Shown here: piece by piece, positions 10,173 to 19,755 of the stretch
Position numbering within the stretch: the stretch's first letter is position 1
Layout: the number at the start of each line of letters is the position of its first letter
Origin: Planctomycetota bacterium
GTDB lineage: Bacteria; Planctomycetota; SZUA-567; H5-PLA8
Length of the DNA: 64,000 nucleotides
Assembly: GCA_038227875.1 (NCBI GenBank)
Contig: JBBRPR010000004.1
Coordinates: 1-64,000 of the forward strand
Direction of reading: 5' to 3'
Program-made: the position numbers and the translations under genes
The notes under the pieces: generated by a model
The model's input: the letters and a program-made list of their open reading frames with translations, nothing else
Told to the model about the DNA's origin: nothing
Database searches by the model: none

Positions 10173-10321
10173 TAAGAGCAGCGGCCGTTTGCTGCTCCTT
10201 GCTGCGACGATCACGATTCAGGCGCAAGCGGTTCTAATTTTTCATCCGGGAAGCGCGGCTTCTTGCACATTCAATGCGTTGAGCAAGGAGCAAGCATACG
10301 GCCGCTTGCTCCTTGACACCC
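10173..10321. repeat. Inverted pair of REP-like palindromes (caaggagcaagc...gcttgctccttg family)
   Basis: gagcagcggccgtttgctgctccttg at about 10176-10201 and caaggagcaagc-atacggcc-gcttgctccttgacacc at about 10284-10320; third copy at 52589-52632. Confidence 0.75.
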
Positions 10322-10331
10322 CATCGTAACT

Positions 10332-11894
10332 TTACTCCACGATCAGATTCTTCCCCGTCATCTGCGGCGAGGTTTTGATGCCGAGCAGGAAGGCGAGCGT
10401 GGGGGCGACGTCGGCGAGGCGGCCGGACTGGAGCTTCGCGTTTTTGTAGCGCTCGCTGACGAGATACACCGGCACGGGGTTGGTCGTGTGAGCGGTGTGG
10501 GGGCAGTTGTTGGCGTAGTCCCACATTTCTTCGGCGTTGCCGTGGTCGGCGGTGATCAACACTTCGCCGTTGACGGATTGAATCGCGGCGACGATTTCGC
10601 CGACGCACTGATCGACCGTCTCGACGGCCTTGATCGCCGCCGACTCGACGCCGGTGTGGCCGACCATGTCGCCGTTGGCGAAGTTGAGGATGATCAGATC
10701 GAATTTCTTCGACTGGATCGCGGCGACGGCTTTGGCGGTCAGTTCGGGGGCGCTCATCTCCGGCTGCAGATCGTACGTCGCGACCTTGGGCGAGGGCGCC
10801 ATGATGCGCTCTTCTTTCTCGAAGACCTTCTCGCGGCCGCCGGAGAAGAAGAACGTGACGTGCGGGTATTTTTCCGTCTCGGCCATGCGCAGCTGCGCCA
10901 GTCCGGCGGCGGCGGCGATCTCGCCCAGTCCGCCCTCCAGCACTTTGCTGGGGAAGGCGATCGGCGCGTCGAATTCGGCGCGGTAATCGGTCATCGTCAC
11001 CAGCTTGATCTTCGGCTGGTGCTTGCGCGCGAAGCCGTTGAAATCCCGCTTGAGCAGCACGTCGCACAATTCACGTGGGCGGTCGCTGCGGTGATTGAAG
11101 CTGATCAGCGCGTCGCCGTCCTGGATTGTCGCCAGCGGCTTGCCGTCGGCTCCGGTGATGATCGTGGCTTTTACGAATTCATCCGTCTCTTCGCGCGCAT
11201 AGGCGGCGCGAATGGCTTCCTGCGCGGACTTGGCGGTGAACGCCGAGACGCCGTCGACCATCGCCTTCCACGCCTGCTCGACGCGCTCCCAGCGCTTGTC
11301 GCGGTCCATGGCGTAATAGCGGCCGATGACCGTGGCGAACACGCCGGTGTCGTAGAGGTCCAGCTTGAGCTGCAGCTCGGCGAGGAACTGTTCGCCGGAT
11401 TTCGGCGGCGTGTCGCGGCCGTCGGTGAAGGCGTGGATCGCGACGCGGTCCTTGCGCAGTTCGTGCCGCGCGCACAGGCGAATCAGCGCGAAGTAGGCTT
11501 CGTCGAGCGAATGGACGCGCGCGGCAGAGATCAGTCCGAAGAGGTGGAGCCGCGCGCCAGTTTTCTTGACGTGCTCGATGGCCGACAGGATCGCGGGATT
11601 CTGGTCGAACGAGCCGTCGGCGACGGCCTGCGCGACTTCCATCAGGTCCTGCCAGACGATGCGGCCGGCGCCGAGGTTCAAGTGGCCGACCTCGCTGTTG
11701 CCCATCGTCCCCTTGGGCAGGCCGACATCGGTGCCGCAGGTGATCAGCGTGGAGCGCGGGTACGCGGCGCTCAGGCGATCGTAGTTGGGCGTCTTCGCCA
11801 GTTTGACGGCGTTGTGTTCCTTCTTTTCGCAGAGCCCCCAGCCGTCCATGACGACGAGCATGACGGGGCCCTGGCGTTTCGCGGTTGTCGGCAT
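10332..11894 (-). CDS. gpmI: 2,3-bisphosphoglycerate-independent phosphoglycerate mutase
   Basis: MDGWG, MGNSEVGH, TDGRDT, GRYYAMDRDKRWER, AETEKYPHVTFFF, DMVGHTG, TADHGNAE. Confidence 0.98.
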   Translation of the reverse strand: MPTTAKRQGPVMLVVMDGWGLCEKKEHNAVKLAKTPNYDRLSAAYPRSTLITCGTDVGLPKGTMGNSEVGHLNLGAGRIVWQDLMEVAQAVADGSFDQNPAILSAIEHVKKTGARLHLFGLISAARVHSLDEAYFALIRLCARHELRKDRVAIHAFTDGRDTPPKSGEQFLAELQLKLDLYDTGVFATVIGRYYAMDRDKRWERVEQAWKAMVDGVSAFTAKSAQEAIRAAYAREETDEFVKATIITGADGKPLATIQDGDALISFNHRSDRPRELCDVLLKRDFNGFARKHQPKIKLVTMTDYRAEFDAPIAFPSKVLEGGLGEIAAAAGLAQLRMAETEKYPHVTFFFSGGREKVFEKEERIMAPSPKVATYDLQPEMSAPELTAKAVAAIQSKKFDLIILNFANGDMVGHTGVESAAIKAVETVDQCVGEIVAAIQSVNGEVLITADHGNAEEMWDYANNCPHTAHTTNPVPVYLVSERYKNAKLQSGRLADVAPTLAFLLGIKTSPQMTGKNLIVE

Positions 11895-11921
11895 TCTTGA
11901 ATTCCTGTTTTCGGAGCGATC

Positions 11922-11957
11922 AAAAAATAAATGCTAAACGAATCGTTTAGCATTTAT
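11922..11957 (-). terminator. Intrinsic terminator downstream of beta-propeller gene
   Basis: 14-bp perfect stem ataaatgctaaacg/cgtttagcatttat with a T-run on the minus strand. Confidence 0.7.
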
Positions 11958-11984
11958 CTCTGAGCTGTGTCCGTCCTTTAAGCG

Positions 11985-13574
11985 TTAGTCTTTTTTCGGA
12001 GCGTCTTTCGGCGCATCCTTCGGCGCGTCTTCCTTGGGCGCGTCCTTCGGAGCATCCTTGGGGGCGTCGTCGCCACCGCCGGCCTTCTTACCAATGATCT
12101 TGACCGGAGCCGACGGGTCAACCACCTTCTGCGGATCCTTGACCACGCGCAGGCCGGTGTCGCGGGTCTTTTCCTTCAAGCTCACCACGCGGCCATCGTT
12201 GGTCACGGCATAGACGCGCGCTTCGCCGCCGGCCTTGCTCCAGGCGTTCTGGTATTCGAGGTACATCGCGAAGAATCCGCCTTCGACCTTCCACTTCACC
12301 TTGCCGGTGGTCTTGTCGACGGCTTCGATGCCGTTGTAAGCGGGGAAATCCTTGGTGGCATTCAGGCCGGCATAGACGAAGTCGGGGCCAGCGGTAACGA
12401 CGCCGGCGGCGGGAAGGTCCCACGCCACGTCGAACGTTTCCGGCGATTCAGCCGAACCGCGGGAAGACTTGGCGGGCGTGACTTCCAGCGCGTGCAGATT
12501 GCCATCGTTGGTCGCGGCGTAGACGTAGGGCGTCTTCGGTTCGTCGGCGAAAATGGTGCCGACCACCGGGTAGCCCGACGGGAACGACCACTTCTTCTTC
12601 AGCGTCAAACGGTCGAGACAGTAGACGTAGCCATTCTTGCAGCCGACAAAAACGCTGCCGGCCTGCGTCGACGTGCTGGGCGTAACCGTCAGCGTCGTCG
12701 TCGGGGTATCCTGCAGCGTGTACGGTTCGCGTTCTTCGGCGTCGCGGGAGACGGCGTAGACGTTGGAATCTTCCGACGTGTAGTAGAGCAGGTTGTCGCG
12801 CAGTTCGATCGGCTGGGTCACCGAGGCGTTCTTGATCGGGCTGCTCTTGTGGAACTGATAGTAGATGTCGAATTCCGGCGCGGAGAAATTCTTCGATTCA
12901 ATCGGGTTCTGGACGAAGTAGCTCAGGCGGCCGCGGATGATCATGGCGTTGATGCGGCCGTCCCAGGACCCGGCGTAGATCGACTCCATGTTCTGCCACT
13001 TGCGGGTGTAGTCCTTGGGGTACGACGGCGGATCGACGACCAGCGGCGAGGTGCTCATCACGAAATTCGGGATCAGGCGCCAGCGGATGTCGCCACCGTT
13101 CTTTTCGATGCCGACGAGGAAGTTCTTCACGTTGACGACGACGTTGTTGTTGGAAACGCTGGGCGCGTAGCGGATCGCGTCTTCCAGTTCACAGCGCCAG
13201 CGTTCATAGCCGTCGGCGCGGCGCACGGCGACCAGGAAGTGCTTGGCCGTCTCCAGCAGCACGAGGTCCTTGAACACCCAGCCTTTGATGATCGGGCCGG
13301 TGCCGTTGTCCAGATGCGGCGAATACCACTCGACGTCGAGGTCCATCTGCGGCGGCATGTTGATGGCGCGCGCAGCGACCTCCGCATCGACGCTCTGGGC
13401 GATCGTGGTGTTCTGCTTCTGCTTCTCCTCGTAAACCGTGCGCGGTTTGGCATTGTCTTCCGCGAAGGCTGCCTTGAGCGGGAAGAGCAGAGCCGTGCAG
13501 GCCAGCAGGGCGCCGAGCATAAGACGATTCATCCACGATCCTCCGGAATTGCTGTTCGATTGCACTGCCTTCAA
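11985..13574 (-). CDS. Secreted PQQ-like (BamB-type) beta-propeller protein with C-terminal DAPK repeats
   Basis: Signal peptide; repeated xDxxTGxxxW-type motifs (RRADGYERW, EKNGGDIRW, DKTTGKVKW); tail DAPKDAPKDAPKEDAPKDAPKDAPKKD. Confidence 0.75.
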   Translation of the reverse strand: MKAVQSNSNSGGSWMNRLMLGALLACTALLFPLKAAFAEDNAKPRTVYEEKQKQNTTIAQSVDAEVAARAINMPPQMDLDVEWYSPHLDNGTGPIIKGWVFKDLVLLETAKHFLVAVRRADGYERWRCELEDAIRYAPSVSNNNVVVNVKNFLVGIEKNGGDIRWRLIPNFVMSTSPLVVDPPSYPKDYTRKWQNMESIYAGSWDGRINAMIIRGRLSYFVQNPIESKNFSAPEFDIYYQFHKSSPIKNASVTQPIELRDNLLYYTSEDSNVYAVSRDAEEREPYTLQDTPTTTLTVTPSTSTQAGSVFVGCKNGYVYCLDRLTLKKKWSFPSGYPVVGTIFADEPKTPYVYAATNDGNLHALEVTPAKSSRGSAESPETFDVAWDLPAAGVVTAGPDFVYAGLNATKDFPAYNGIEAVDKTTGKVKWKVEGGFFAMYLEYQNAWSKAGGEARVYAVTNDGRVVSLKEKTRDTGLRVVKDPQKVVDPSAPVKIIGKKAGGGDDAPKDAPKDAPKEDAPKDAPKDAPKKD

Positions 13575-13577
13575 CGT

Positions 13578-13874
13578 TCAGTCCTTCTTACGCAACTGCG
13601 AGAGATTGACGCCGTGACGCAACTCGTAGGCTTTCATCCGCTCAATCGCCGCCAGATCCCTGGAGATCGTTTGCGACAGCTTGTAGATGTACGGCTTGTT
13701 GTCCAGCCGCGCCTTCAAGTCGTCCAGTATGCGTTGCCACGATCCTTCGTAGAGTTGATCCTTCAGATCGATCAAAACCCGTTCATAGGATTCCAAACGT
13801 TGAAGGAAGACCTCCGGAGGAACGTCCAAGGCCGGATCAAAATCCGGCTCGGCTGGACTTGCCTCGTTCACCAC
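13578..13874 (-). CDS. Hypothetical helical protein
   Basis: 98-aa ORF preceded by GGGGAG RBS; ends 4 bp before the next gene. Confidence 0.7.
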   Translation of the reverse strand: MVNEASPAEPDFDPALDVPPEVFLQRLESYERVLIDLKDQLYEGSWQRILDDLKARLDNKPYIYKLSQTISRDLAAIERMKAYELRHGVNLSQLRKKD

Positions 13875-13983
13875 TGCTCCCCCATTGCTAAATCGTTGCT
13901 GGATTGTAGTTACGTACGAAATTATGTCAAACAGTGGAAAATGGAAGGGGCGCGATTGTGGCGGAAAGCGAGTAAACGGGCCG

Positions 13984-14060
13984 TTTTGAGTTTTGAGTTT
14001 TGAGTTTTAAGTTGTGATGCCGCAATAGTTTACAATTCAAAACTGAGAACTCGAAACTCA
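13984..14060. repeat. Inverted heptamer arrays (TTTTGAG)n / (AAACTCA-like)n
   Basis: ttttgagttttgagttttgagttttaag ... aattcaaaactgagaactcgaaactca. Confidence 0.8.
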
Positions 14061-14069
14061 CCACTGCCG

Positions 14070-14621
14070 TTAATGTATTTCCAATCCGCGTTTAAGGCTT
14101 ACGGCGGACTTGCTCGCCCATTGGCTGACTTCCTGCACGGCGCCGTCGGGAAGGAGGCGTGAGCCGGCGACGGCCAGGGGGCCGGCGAGCCTGGAATCCG
14201 TCCAGAGATTGCACTTGGGATAAATGGAGACGCTGGCGGCGACGATGATCAGCGCCAGCACGCTCCCTTTTAGTGCTCCAAAGATGCCGCCGAGGATGCG
14301 GTCGTGTGCGCGGCGCTTGTCGCGTTCGTCTTTGGGGAGTCCGGTTTCGGTACGGACTTCCGCCCACGCGGCGAGCATGCGCAGCGAAAAGCCGACGAGT
14401 CCCACCACGAAGAGAAAGCCAATCAGGTTTGCGCGGAAGAGATCGGAGGTGACGTTTTCGACCAGGCGCGCGCCGATGGCCGGTGCCAGCGTCATGCCGA
14501 TCGCGATACCAAATCCAATGCTCGCCACGCCGGCCACCTGCCAGAGCAACCCGCGCCGCCAGCCAAGGAACGTCTGAAGAATCAGGAACCCGACGATGAC
14601 GAGGTCGATCGACCAACCCAT
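14070..14621 (-). CDS. CvpA (colicin V production) family membrane protein
   Basis: IDLVIV..GWRRGLLWQV N-terminus; DRILGGIFGALKG motif; 4 TM. Confidence 0.85.
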   Translation of the reverse strand: MGWSIDLVIVGFLILQTFLGWRRGLLWQVAGVASIGFGIAIGMTLAPAIGARLVENVTSDLFRANLIGFLFVVGLVGFSLRMLAAWAEVRTETGLPKDERDKRRAHDRILGGIFGALKGSVLALIIVAASVSIYPKCNLWTDSRLAGPLAVAGSRLLPDGAVQEVSQWASKSAVSLKRGLEIH

Positions 14622-14803
14622 GTTGCCACCCGCTCAAGTATGTGTGCGCCGCGATGCCGAACAAAAGCCGTGCATCCCAATATCGGCCGAACACGGCGGG
14701 AAGTTGAGGGGCGAGTTTTTTTACGCGGGCGTTACACAAGGAATGGCCTGGCCGCGGTCTAGTTGACGGTCGCCAATTTCGGCGACGACGAGGAGGAGAT
14801 CGT

Positions 14804-16054
14804 ATGAATCGAATTCCGCTTACCTTCGTGCTGGGTTTGGCGCTGATTGTATTCTCGACGGTTCACGCGGCGGAGTACGTCGCTCATGAGTGGGGCACGT
14901 TTACGTCGGTGCAGGGCACCGATGGCGTGCTGCTGGAATGGCGGCCGCTGGCGACGTCGGAACTGCCGGACTTTGTTTATAATCGCACGAAAAATAGCAC
15001 GCGGCAGCAGCCGCCCGGTTTCGGACCGGTCAACAAATACGAGGTGGCATCGACGCAGCGCATGGAAACGCCGGTGCTCTATTTTTATCCCACGGAGGAG
15101 ATGACCGTCGACGTCTCGGTCAAATTTCCGCAGGGCGCGATCACCGAGTGGTACCCGATGGTCCGCTCAATCGGTCCCCAGGGCATCATCGATCCCAAAG
15201 TGCTTAAAGATGGAGTTTTGGATTGGGGCAAGGTCCGGCTGTTCCCCGCTGAAATGTATCCGGAATTCGCGAAGGACCTCCCAGCGGCCAATTCCGGCAC
15301 GAACTACTTCGCCGCGCGCGAGACGGATGCTGCTATCGTCCGCGTGGGTACGACGCGCGGGCCGGTGCATTACGAGCACGAAAAGTTTCTCTTCTACCGC
15401 GGCGTCGGGTCCTTTAAGGCGCCGGTGGAAGTACAGGGCGGTGGTGATCACGGCATCCGTGTGACCAACCACGACGCCGCTGCGATCCCCGCGTTCTTCG
15501 TGCTGACGGTCGGTGAGAACACGGCCAGCTTCACTTCCGGTGGAAACCTGGAACCGGCAGCGGTGAAGAACGTGCCCGCGGGAAATCCGGTAGCAAAGAC
15601 CACGCCCGAAGAGACCGCCGACGCGCTGAGCGTCGAGATGCAAGCCGCGCTGCTCAAGCAGGGCCTCTACGCCAGGGAAGCCGCCGCGATGGTGAAGACC
15701 TGGCGCGATTCGTGGTTTCTCGAGAAGGGCACGCGCATTCTTTATATTCTGCCCGACAGCTGGACCGAACGCACGCTGCCGCTGACGCTCGCGCCGGCGC
15801 CGAAGGAGCTCAAGCGTGTCATGGTCGGCCGCGCCGAACTGATCACGCGGCAGATGGAGACGGATGTCGCGCAGCAGATTGCCGCGTTGAGCTCCACGGA
15901 TTTCGAAACGCGCGAGAAGGCCACGAAGACGCTCACGGGACTCGGCCGCTTCGCCGAACCGTCTCTTCTGCGCGTCGTCAACACGACCGACGACGCCGAA
16001 GTGAAATCGCGCGCGACGAAGTTGATTGAGGAGCTGCATGCCAGCGTGAAGTGA
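14804..16054 (+). CDS. Secreted conserved hypothetical protein with C-terminal HEAT-like repeat
   Basis: GAGGAG RBS; signal peptide; HEWGTFTSVQG, RMETPVLYFY, EKFLFYRG, RVMVGRAE motifs; LSSTDFETREKATKTL HEAT-like tail. Confidence 0.75.
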   Translation: MNRIPLTFVLGLALIVFSTVHAAEYVAHEWGTFTSVQGTDGVLLEWRPLATSELPDFVYNRTKNSTRQQPPGFGPVNKYEVASTQRMETPVLYFYPTEEMTVDVSVKFPQGAITEWYPMVRSIGPQGIIDPKVLKDGVLDWGKVRLFPAEMYPEFAKDLPAANSGTNYFAARETDAAIVRVGTTRGPVHYEHEKFLFYRGVGSFKAPVEVQGGGDHGIRVTNHDAAAIPAFFVLTVGENTASFTSGGNLEPAAVKNVPAGNPVAKTTPEETADALSVEMQAALLKQGLYAREAAAMVKTWRDSWFLEKGTRILYILPDSWTERTLPLTLAPAPKELKRVMVGRAELITRQMETDVAQQIAALSSTDFETREKATKTLTGLGRFAEPSLLRVVNTTDDAEVKSRATKLIEELHASVK

Positions 16055-16086
16055 CTTCGTTCCCGGCGAGCCGCCCGGACTACAAA

Positions 16087-16605
16087 CTACTTCCGGCGGG
16101 ATTGCTTGGCCGCCGGTTTCTTTGCCTTGTGGGGCTGCTGAGCTTTGTGCGGTTTGTGCGGCCGGGGCGGCTCGTTCGAGAGCAGTTTCGACGTTTCGAT
16201 CCAGCACGGCGAGGCCGAGCCGAACGTAAATCCCACGCGCAGGTAAAAACCGCGTGCGGTGTTGCGGCTGTCGAGATAGAGGCGCGAGAGGCCGCGCTTT
16301 TCGGCGAGCTCCGCGATGTGGCGCATCATCTCCTTGCCGTAGCCCTTGCCTTGAACGCCGGAGGCAGTGACCAGGTCGTCGACGAATAAATGCTCCCCGC
16401 GTGCCAGCGTGTGCGCCAGGCGCACGCCCGCCAGGACCACCCACTCTCCGTCCACCGCGCCGCCTAGGAGAAAATACGATTCTTCCTGCTGACGGTGAAC
16501 TTCCTCGATGAACGTGTCGGCCTGAATGCGGTCGCGCAGTTCATGCATCAGCGGAAAGGCGGAGGCAATATCTTCATCGGTGGTCAACTCACGGATCACG
16601 AACAT
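16087..16605 (-). CDS. GNAT family N-acetyltransferase
   Basis: LFVDDLVT..VQGKGYG acetyl-CoA motif A; ARGFYLRVGF. Confidence 0.9.
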   Translation of the reverse strand: MFVIRELTTDEDIASAFPLMHELRDRIQADTFIEEVHRQQEESYFLLGGAVDGEWVVLAGVRLAHTLARGEHLFVDDLVTASGVQGKGYGKEMMRHIAELAEKRGLSRLYLDSRNTARGFYLRVGFTFGSASPCWIETSKLLSNEPPRPHKPHKAQQPHKAKKPAAKQSRRK

Positions 16606-16649
16606 TCAGGAACCTCCGCGTAACAGAAAGGAATGGGTGGGGCGCGAAT

Positions 16650-17138
16650 TCAGGTGGAGACTTTTTTCTCAATCGGTTCGACGATGATGCGGTTGCCTTC
16701 GACCTGGATGACCTTGATCGGCGTGTCCGCGGCGACGAACTTGCCTTCGGTGACGACGTCGATGCGGCGCGTGCCGACTTGCGCGGCGCCGGCGGGGCGC
16801 AGTGGCGTCAGCGACTTGCCTTCCATGCCGACGAGCTCCGTCAGCGGCAGTGCGTCGGGGGAGTTCTGGGTGCTCGAGGCGATTTCGCTGCGGTGCATCA
16901 GCGGGCTGCGCTGCAGGAAGCCGATGCCGATGTAGAGTGAAATCGGAAAGAGCGCCAGGTCGATGCCGGTCATCAGCCAGCCGAACGATTCGCTGTAGCG
17001 GAAGCCCATCCACGCACTAGCCACGCCGAAGCCCATTGCCACAATCGTGAAGGCGTGGAGCGACGGCGTCAGCATCTCGAGAAAAATGCCGCAGATCATC
17101 AAGACGGTGAAGACGATCGACCAGAAGCGGGGGTCCAT
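16650..17138 (-). CDS. Short NfeD family protein (TM + OB-fold)
   Basis: LEM..P TM motif; LVGMEGKSLTPLRPAG..IDVVTEGKFV..IKVIQVEGNRIIV; ATG at 17138 preferred over the 479-aa ORF, which overlaps the upstream gene. Confidence 0.88.
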   Translation of the reverse strand: MDPRFWSIVFTVLMICGIFLEMLTPSLHAFTIVAMGFGVASAWMGFRYSESFGWLMTGIDLALFPISLYIGIGFLQRSPLMHRSEIASSTQNSPDALPLTELVGMEGKSLTPLRPAGAAQVGTRRIDVVTEGKFVAADTPIKVIQVEGNRIIVEPIEKKVST

Positions 17139-17191
17139 GAGCGCAGTGTCAGTAAACGCGCGCGCGAATGCAATGGAAATTTGTGTGACGC

Positions 17192-18877
17192 TTACGAAAT
17201 CAACTCGCGCACGATCAAACTGTTGGCGGAGACGCGCAGCACCGTGACGTTTACGCCGGGCTTTAGAAATCCGCCTTCGGAGACCGCGTCGTAGGTGACG
17301 CCATTGAGGCGCACTTTGCCGGCTGGACGGAGCACGGTTTCGGCGGTGCCGTTCTGGCCGACCAGCGCGTCGAGCGCGAGTTTCGCGGCGCTGGCGGCCG
17401 GGCCGCCGGGCGTCGCGGGTCCGCCCAGCGATTTCACGTTGCCGCCGACTTGCGCCGTCAGCGCCATGCGGCTCAAGCCCGGGAGCGTCGCGCCCTTCAG
17501 TAATCCGACGATGACGACGCCGACAATTGAAATCAGTGTGATCGCCGACCACATCAGGCCCTTGTTTAAAAGCTGCATCTCCCAGTCCTGGCCTTTGCCT
17601 GTCCAGATATTGGAGATGCTCACGCCTTCCGGCAGGAACGAGAGCACGATCGAAGACATCAACAAAACAAATCCGGCGAAGCCCAGCACGCCCACGCCCG
17701 GCAGGACGAAGATCTCCAGCGCCACCAGCGCCGCCCCCGCGCCGAAGAGCACCAGCTCGATCATGCCCGCGTTGGAGGCGAAGATCTGCAGCCAGAAAAA
17801 GATGCCCATGCAGAGCGCAAAGCCCAGGTAGCCGGCGCCGTGGCCGGGACTTTTCAATTCGAGAAAGAGCGAGATCAGGCCGATCACCACGAACAGCACG
17901 CGCCACAGCGGGTGGCTCAACGCGCGCGCGGCTTTCTCGGACGCGGAGATGTCGAAGAGTTCCATGCTGGCGGGTTTGACGCCCAGGCCGAGCATCACTT
18001 CGTCGACGTCGTTGGCGGTGCCCGCGGCGATGCCGGTGTTGACCGCTTCGTTGGCCGTCAGCGTCAGGATTTCGCCCTTCGCTTTCCACTTCTTGATGAT
18101 CACCGGCTTGACGCCTTGAATGTCGTAATCAAGGTTGGTCATGAAGCGTTGCTTGAGGTCGTTGGTCTCGAGCACGTCGATGCCGGAATCGACCATGCCT
18201 TGCGCGACGGGAATCGGATAATTGTTGCGGTCGCAGAGGACTTTGACGCTGGCGGCCATCGTGCTGTTCTCTTTGATCCGCATGTCCTTGTTGAGATCAT
18301 GGCCCTGCATGTCAATGGCCAGCGCGCCGCCAATCTGTGAACCGGGTTCCATCACGATGGCCTTGCAGCCCAGCGAGAGAATCGCGCCGCCCGAAAACGC
18401 TTTGGTGCGCACATACGCGATGACTGGCACGCCGCAGTTGGCGACGGCGCTATTGATGCGGTTGCAGGAATTAACCAGGCCGCCCCACGTATCGATCTCC
18501 AGCACGACCAGGTCGTACTTTTCATTTCGCGCGGTCTTCAAGCGGCGTTCGATGAACGCGGCCTGCCACTCGTCGATGTAGCCTTCCTTGGTGTTCTCGT
18601 CGTTTACCGGAATCACCATGACCTTGGGATTGGGCGGAAGGATCAATCCGTGCTTGGCGGGATTAAGCGAGCCCTTCATCACCGGGATGCTGAGCGGCGG
18701 CGCGGGGCTCGTCGCGGCGCCCACTCCTGTAGACGTGGACGTGGAGGTCGTGCTCGCAGTGCTTGTGGCGGTGGACGTATCGGTCGATTCCAGCTTCGGT
18801 GCGTCGGCTGCGCAGGCAATGGAGACGGCAAGCAGTAAAATCAGAGCCATAGGCGCGCGAAGTTGGATAGCAATCAT
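17192..18877 (-). CDS. Long NfeD family protein (ClpP-like protease domain, TM region, OB-fold)
   Basis: IDTWGG, AFSGGA, IGGA, ILTLTANEA, LELKSPG, LEIFVLPG, LRPAGKV motifs. Confidence 0.9.
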   Translation of the reverse strand: MIAIQLRAPMALILLLAVSIACAADAPKLESTDTSTATSTASTTSTSTSTGVGAATSPAPPLSIPVMKGSLNPAKHGLILPPNPKVMVIPVNDENTKEGYIDEWQAAFIERRLKTARNEKYDLVVLEIDTWGGLVNSCNRINSAVANCGVPVIAYVRTKAFSGGAILSLGCKAIVMEPGSQIGGALAIDMQGHDLNKDMRIKENSTMAASVKVLCDRNNYPIPVAQGMVDSGIDVLETNDLKQRFMTNLDYDIQGVKPVIIKKWKAKGEILTLTANEAVNTGIAAGTANDVDEVMLGLGVKPASMELFDISASEKAARALSHPLWRVLFVVIGLISLFLELKSPGHGAGYLGFALCMGIFFWLQIFASNAGMIELVLFGAGAALVALEIFVLPGVGVLGFAGFVLLMSSIVLSFLPEGVSISNIWTGKGQDWEMQLLNKGLMWSAITLISIVGVVIVGLLKGATLPGLSRMALTAQVGGNVKSLGGPATPGGPAASAAKLALDALVGQNGTAETVLRPAGKVRLNGVTYDAVSEGGFLKPGVNVTVLRVSANSLIVRELIS

Positions 18878-19009
18878 TCGGGCATTATAGGCTCATGCGC
18901 CGGCATTGGAAGGGAGCGCGTCAGGAATTGCAGAAGCGTGCGGACTCTTGATCCGCAGCCCATTTTCAATAAAATGTGTTAAAAGAAACAGATCGGAGGG
19001 AATCCAATC

Positions 19010-19666
19010 ATGCGTCGCATCACCGTTCTCGTCATGTTGCTCCTGTCCTGTATGCTGGCTCACGCCTCTTCTTCGGACGGCATTCGTCCGGACATGCAGA
19101 CGTTGATCGAAACCAAGTGGGAGGGCATCTCCGCATTCGAACTGGTGCGCCGCATCCACGACGATTTCATCAAGCTGCAACCTGAAGTGGCCCAGCAGCA
19201 ATGGCAGACGTGGCGGGACACCATCAAACGGTTTCCCGATGGCTTGAAGCAGCGGGACTTGCTGATCAAGAGCGGCCTGCTGGAAAGCACCACCGGCGAA
19301 TGCAAGATTGCCCTTCAGGAAATTGTCCTGTTGTTGCAGCCGACGCTGAACATGGCCAAGCGTTTCGATCGCGCCATGAAACGCGAAAAGCATGTGCAGC
19401 TGGACGCCTGGAAACCGATCTACGAACTGATCTCGAAAGAGGATTATAAAACCGCCAACGACAAACTCGAGGAATTCAAGCTCGACGAAGAACATTCCAG
19501 CGCGCTGATCAAGGCGTTCTTCGGGCGCCTGAAAGTCGTGATGAAGGAAGAGCTCGCCCGCAAGCCGCTGGAATCCGAGCCGGAAAAGAAAAGCGATCCG
19601 CACGCCTCGGAGAAGACGGCCGAGCCGGCACCCCCGCCCGCGCCCGCGCCGGAAAAGAAGGACTGA
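19010..19666 (+). CDS. Secreted hypothetical helical protein
   Basis: GGAGG RBS; signal peptide MRRITVLVMLLLSCMLAHA; Pro/Glu-rich tail. Confidence 0.75.
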   Translation: MRRITVLVMLLLSCMLAHASSSDGIRPDMQTLIETKWEGISAFELVRRIHDDFIKLQPEVAQQQWQTWRDTIKRFPDGLKQRDLLIKSGLLESTTGECKIALQEIVLLLQPTLNMAKRFDRAMKREKHVQLDAWKPIYELISKEDYKTANDKLEEFKLDEEHSSALIKAFFGRLKVVMKEELARKPLESEPEKKSDPHASEKTAEPAPPPAPAPEKKD

Positions 19667-19696
19667 GGGCTGAGGACTGAGGACTGAGGACTGAGC
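19660..19696. repeat. Heptamer array (TGAGGAC)n
   Basis: ggactgagggctgaggactgaggactgaggactgag overlapping the stop codon. Confidence 0.85.
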
Positions 19697-19730
19697 AAAA
19701 AATCCCCCGCGTTGAGCGGGGGATTTTTTT
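19697..19730. terminator. Bidirectional intrinsic terminator
   Basis: aaaaaatcccccgc-gttga-gcgggggattttttt between convergent genes. Confidence 0.85.
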
Positions 19731-19755
19731 ACCTTAGTCCTCGCTGTCCCGTCGC

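Noticed and set aside
8244..14003. Long plus-strand ORFs 8244-9890, 10488-11900 and 12492-14003
   Set aside because: Antisense to well-supported genes (RsbW/epimerase, gpmI, propeller).
17139..18089. N-terminal extension of the 479-aa NfeD ORF (possible frameshift fusion)
   Set aside because: Arg-rich off-frame reading over the long NfeD gene; both genes are complete separately.
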